From a virus (lineage: Duplodnaviria; Heunggongvirae; Uroviricota; Caudoviricetes), in IMG/VR virus record IMGVR_UViG_2687453424_000001: a stretch of DNA of 64,000 bases; one strand, written 5' to 3'. A program made the translations under genes and the position numbers. The notes below the pieces were generated by a model that worked only from the letters and a program-made list of their open reading frames with translations, was not told the origin of the DNA and did not search any database. Positions within the stretch are counted from its first letter, which is position 1; each line of letters begins with the position of its first letter. Positions 59,925-64,000 of the stretch are shown piece by piece.

Positions 59925-60476
59925 GAACATGAGCCAGCTGTGTGCAGTCGCTTGGGGTATTGTGTGCAGTTCTGGTGTCCTCAACATCAAAAGGACATGG
60001 AACTGTTGGAGCAAGTCCAGAGGAGGGCCACAAGGATGATCAGGGGACTGGAGCACCTCCCATATGAAGACAGGCTGAGGAAGTTGGGGCTGTTCAGCCT
60101 GGAGAAGAGAAGGCTGCGTGGAGACCTCATAGCAGCCTTCCAGTATCTAAAGGAGGCCTATTAATATGCTGGAGAGGGCCTCTTCACTAGGGACTGTAGT
60201 GATAGGACAAGGGGTAACATGCTCAAACATAAACAGAGGAAGTTGAGATTGGATATAAGGAAGAAGTTCTTGACTGTAAGGGTGGTGAGGCACTGGAAGA
60301 GGTTGCCCAGGGAAGTCGTGAATGCTCCATCCCTGGCAGTGTTCAAGGCCATTTTGGATAGAGCCTTGGGTGACATGGTTTAGTGGGAGGTGTCCCTGCC
60401 CATAGCAGGGGGGTTGGAACTAGATGGTCTTAAGGTCCTTTTCAACCCTAACTATTCTATGATTCTACAATTCTAA
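59925..60476 (+). mobile_element. CR1 LINE 3' portion (ORF2 C-terminus and 3' end with octamer repeats)
   Basis: ORF 59940..60164 [67 protein letters not shown]; then VVRHWKRLPREVVNAPSLAVFKA; terminal ctattctatgattctacaattcta. Confidence 0.8.
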
Positions 60477-60599
60477 GGCCATGCCGAGCCTCTCTTGTGC
60501 AGCCCAGACTCATCCGAGTCAGAAGTACAAATAGTGAACTTTACAATCAAGTTGGAATTTATCTGCTATCCCTTGTGATTATCAGAGCTGGACAAAGCA

Positions 60600-60679
60600 C
60601 TGCTTCAGAGCAAACCTGACTCCCATCCAACCTGGCCTTGAACACTGCGAAGGATGGGGCAGCCACAGCTTCTCTGCTG
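60600..60679 (-). mobile_element. CR1 3'-end-like fragment, minus orientation
   Basis: catccaacctggccttgaacactgcgaaggatggggcagccacagcttctctg. Confidence 0.4.
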
Positions 60680-60757
60680 GTTAGGGTTCTCTGCTGGGTT
60701 AGGGTTAGGGTTAGGGTTTTAGGGGGTTAGGGCGTTAGGGGGTTAGGGCGTTAGGGT
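60680..60757 (+). repeat. short degenerate telomere-like repeat (TTAGGG / TTAGGGGG / TTAGGGC units) abutting vector sequence
   Basis: ggttagggtt...gggttagggttagggttagggttttagggggttagggcgttaggg seen directly. Confidence 0.75.
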
Positions 60758-60763
60758 AAAAAG

Positions 60764-61106
60764 CTCGCTTTCAGCACCTGTCGTTTCCTTTCTTTTCAGA
60801 GGGTATTTTAAATAAAAACATTAAGTTATGACGAAGAAGAACGGAAACGCCTTAAACCGGAAAATTTTCATAAATAGCGAAAACCCGCGAGGTCGCCGCC
60901 CCGTAACCTGTCGGATCACCGGAAAGGACCCGTAAAGTGATAATGATTATCATCTACATATCACAACGTGCGTGGAGGCCATCAAACCACGTCAAATAAT
61001 CAATTATGACGCAGGTATCGTATTAATTGATCTGCATCAACTTAACGTAAAAACAACTTCAGACAATACAAATCAGCGACACTGAATACGGGGCAACCTC
61101 ATGTCC
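60764..61106 (-). other. phage lambda cos region (right end joined to left end across cosN), as carried in BAC/fosmid/cosmid vectors
   Basis: Reverse complement matches, from memory, the lambda left end (gggcggcgacctcgcgggttttcgctatttatgaaaattttccgg...) and right end (...cctttccggtgatccgacaggttacg); the cohesive-end junction lies at about 60890-60902. Confidence 0.85.
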
Positions 61107-61126
61107 GAGCTCGCGAGCTCGTCGAC
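61107..61126. other. synthetic polylinker (GAGCTC-TCGCGA-GCTC-GTCGAC: SacI/NruI/SacI/SalI sites)
   Basis: Restriction-site string between lambda-derived and F-derived sequence. Confidence 0.6.
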
Positions 61127-61435
61127 AGCGACACACTTGCATCGGATGCAGCCCGGTTAACGTGCCGGCACGGCCTGGGTAACCAGGTATTTTGTCCACA
61201 TAACCGTGCGCAAAATGTTGTGGATAAGCAGGACACAGCAGCAATCCACAGCAGGCATACAACCGCACACCGAGGTTACTCCGTTCTACAGGTTACGACG
61301 ACATGTCAATACTTGCCCTTGACAGGCATTGATGGAATCGTAGTCTCACGCTGATAGTCTGATCGACAATACAAGTGGGACCGTGGTCCCAGACCGATAA
61401 TCAGACCGACAACACGAGTGGGATCGTGGTCCCAG
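61127..61435. other. F-plasmid-derived vector backbone next to sopC, with the first sopC centromere repeats (about 61352-61435)
   Basis: tgggaccgtggtccca inverted-repeat cores in direct repeats (gaccgataatcagaccgacaacacgagtgggatcgtggtcccag), recalled as the sopC partition site of pBeloBAC11-type vectors. Confidence 0.75.
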
Positions 61436-64000
61436 NNNNNNNNNNNNNNNNNNNNNNNNNNNNNNNNNNNNNNNNNNNNNNNNNNNNNNNNNNNNNNNNN
61501 NNNNNNNNNNNNNNNNNNNNNNNNNNNNNNNNNNNNNNNNNNNNNNNNNNNNNNNNNNNNNNNNNNNNNNNNNNNNNNNNNNNNNNNNNNNNNNNNNNNN
61601 NNNNNNNNNNNNNNNNNNNNNNNNNNNNNNNNNNNNNNNNNNNNNNNNNNNNNNNNNNNNNNNNNNNNNNNNNNNNNNNNNNNNNNNNNNNNNNNNNNNN
61701 NNNNNNNNNNNNNNNNNNNNNNNNNNNNNNNNNNNNNNNNNNNNNNNNNNNNNNNNNNNNNNNNNNNNNNNNNNNNNNNNNNNNNNNNNNNNNNNNNNNN
61801 NNNNNNNNNNNNNNNNNNNNNNNNNNNNNNNNNNNNNNNNNNNNNNNNNNNNNNNNNNNNNNNNNNNNNNNNNNNNNNNNNNNNNNNNNNNNNNNNNNNN
61901 NNNNNNNNNNNNNNNNNNNNNNNNNNNNNNNNNNNNNNNNNNNNNNNNNNNNNNNNNNNNNNNNNNNNNNNNNNNNNNNNNNNNNNNNNNNNNNNNNNNN
62001 NNNNNNNNNNNNNNNNNNNNNNNNNNNNNNNNNNNNNNNNNNNNNNNNNNNNNNNNNNNNNNNNNNNNNNNNNNNNNNNNNNNNNNNNNNNNNNNNNNNN
62101 NNNNNNNNNNNNNNNNNNNNNNNNNNNNNNNNNNNNNNNNNNNNNNNNNNNNNNNNNNNNNNNNNNNNNNNNNNNNNNNNNNNNNNNNNNNNNNNNNNNN
62201 NNNNNNNNNNNNNNNNNNNNNNNNNNNNNNNNNNNNNNNNNNNNNNNNNNNNNNNNNNNNNNNNNNNNNNNNNNNNNNNNNNNNNNNNNNNNNNNNNNNN
62301 NNNNNNNNNNNNNNNNNNNNNNNNNNNNNNNNNNNNNNNNNNNNNNNNNNNNNNNNNNNNNNNNNNNNNNNNNNNNNNNNNNNNNNNNNNNNNNNNNNNN
62401 NNNNNNNNNNNNNNNNNNNNNNNNNNNNNNNNNNNNNNNNNNNNNNNNNNNNNNNNNNNNNNNNNNNNNNNNNNNNNNNNNNNNNNNNNNNNNNNNNNNN
62501 NNNNNNNNNNNNNNNNNNNNNNNNNNNNNNNNNNNNNNNNNNNNNNNNNNNNNNNNNNNNNNNNNNNNNNNNNNNNNNNNNNNNNNNNNNNNNNNNNNNN
62601 NNNNNNNNNNNNNNNNNNNNNNNNNNNNNNNNNNNNNNNNNNNNNNNNNNNNNNNNNNNNNNNNNNNNNNNNNNNNNNNNNNNNNNNNNNNNNNNNNNNN
62701 NNNNNNNNNNNNNNNNNNNNNNNNNNNNNNNNNNNNNNNNNNNNNNNNNNNNNNNNNNNNNNNNNNNNNNNNNNNNNNNNNNNNNNNNNNNNNNNNNNNN
62801 NNNNNNNNNNNNNNNNNNNNNNNNNNNNNNNNNNNNNNNNNNNNNNNNNNNNNNNNNNNNNNNNNNNNNNNNNNNNNNNNNNNNNNNNNNNNNNNNNNNN
62901 NNNNNNNNNNNNNNNNNNNNNNNNNNNNNNNNNNNNNNNNNNNNNNNNNNNNNNNNNNNNNNNNNNNNNNNNNNNNNNNNNNNNNNNNNNNNNNNNNNNN
63001 NNNNNNNNNNNNNNNNNNNNNNNNNNNNNNNNNNNNNNNNNNNNNNNNNNNNNNNNNNNNNNNNNNNNNNNNNNNNNNNNNNNNNNNNNNNNNNNNNNNN
63101 NNNNNNNNNNNNNNNNNNNNNNNNNNNNNNNNNNNNNNNNNNNNNNNNNNNNNNNNNNNNNNNNNNNNNNNNNNNNNNNNNNNNNNNNNNNNNNNNNNNN
63201 NNNNNNNNNNNNNNNNNNNNNNNNNNNNNNNNNNNNNNNNNNNNNNNNNNNNNNNNNNNNNNNNNNNNNNNNNNNNNNNNNNNNNNNNNNNNNNNNNNNN
63301 NNNNNNNNNNNNNNNNNNNNNNNNNNNNNNNNNNNNNNNNNNNNNNNNNNNNNNNNNNNNNNNNNNNNNNNNNNNNNNNNNNNNNNNNNNNNNNNNNNNN
63401 NNNNNNNNNNNNNNNNNNNNNNNNNNNNNNNNNNNNNNNNNNNNNNNNNNNNNNNNNNNNNNNNNNNNNNNNNNNNNNNNNNNNNNNNNNNNNNNNNNNN
63501 NNNNNNNNNNNNNNNNNNNNNNNNNNNNNNNNNNNNNNNNNNNNNNNNNNNNNNNNNNNNNNNNNNNNNNNNNNNNNNNNNNNNNNNNNNNNNNNNNNNN
63601 NNNNNNNNNNNNNNNNNNNNNNNNNNNNNNNNNNNNNNNNNNNNNNNNNNNNNNNNNNNNNNNNNNNNNNNNNNNNNNNNNNNNNNNNNNNNNNNNNNNN
63701 NNNNNNNNNNNNNNNNNNNNNNNNNNNNNNNNNNNNNNNNNNNNNNNNNNNNNNNNNNNNNNNNNNNNNNNNNNNNNNNNNNNNNNNNNNNNNNNNNNNN
63801 NNNNNNNNNNNNNNNNNNNNNNNNNNNNNNNNNNNNNNNNNNNNNNNNNNNNNNNNNNNNNNNNNNNNNNNNNNNNNNNNNNNNNNNNNNNNNNNNNNNN
63901 NNNNNNNNNNNNNNNNNNNNNNNNNNNNNNNNNNNNNNNNNNNNNNNNNNNNNNNNNNNNNNNNNNNNNNNNNNNNNNNNNNNNNNNNNNNNNNNNNNNN
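61436..64000. other. assembly gap (N run)
   Basis: uninterrupted run of N. Confidence 0.99.

Noticed and set aside
61059-61268. ORF 61059..61268 (minus) as a gene
   Set aside because: It lies in recognised vector backbone between cos and sopC; no known coding function there.

Overview
Only about 24.5 kb of this 64 kb window is real sequence; the rest is eleven N-runs, so this is a fragmented scaffold. I found no intact cellular gene and no convincing novel biological system. Most sequenced pieces look avian and repeat-rich: several CR1 LINE fragments (reverse-transcriptase ORF2 pieces and ATTCTRTG-repeat 3' ends), LTR/endogenous-retrovirus remnants (an exact tRNA-Trp primer-binding site, an env TM CX6CC motif, an integrase core), satellite-like tandem repeats, two TTAGGG telomere-type tracts and a truncated olfactory-receptor fragment. 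Two pieces are not avian. (1) 3084-5167 is low-GC bacterial DNA carrying the 3' ~1.9 kb of a VirB4-family conjugative-transfer ATPase gene plus the start of a translationally coupled downstream gene; it is fused without a gap to avian repeat DNA at ~5165-5172, on a CTGCAG site. (2) 60764-61435 is cloning-vector sequence (phage lambda cos junction, short polylinker, F-plasmid sopC-proximal backbone, as in pBeloBAC11-type BAC/fosmid vectors), fused directly to a telomere-like repeat. Both are best explained as contamination or chimeric assembly rather than biology of the host genome. The very long ORFs in the supplied track that are mostly X are artefacts of translating through N-runs. Family names for the repeats, vector and retroviral motifs are from memory, not from a search.
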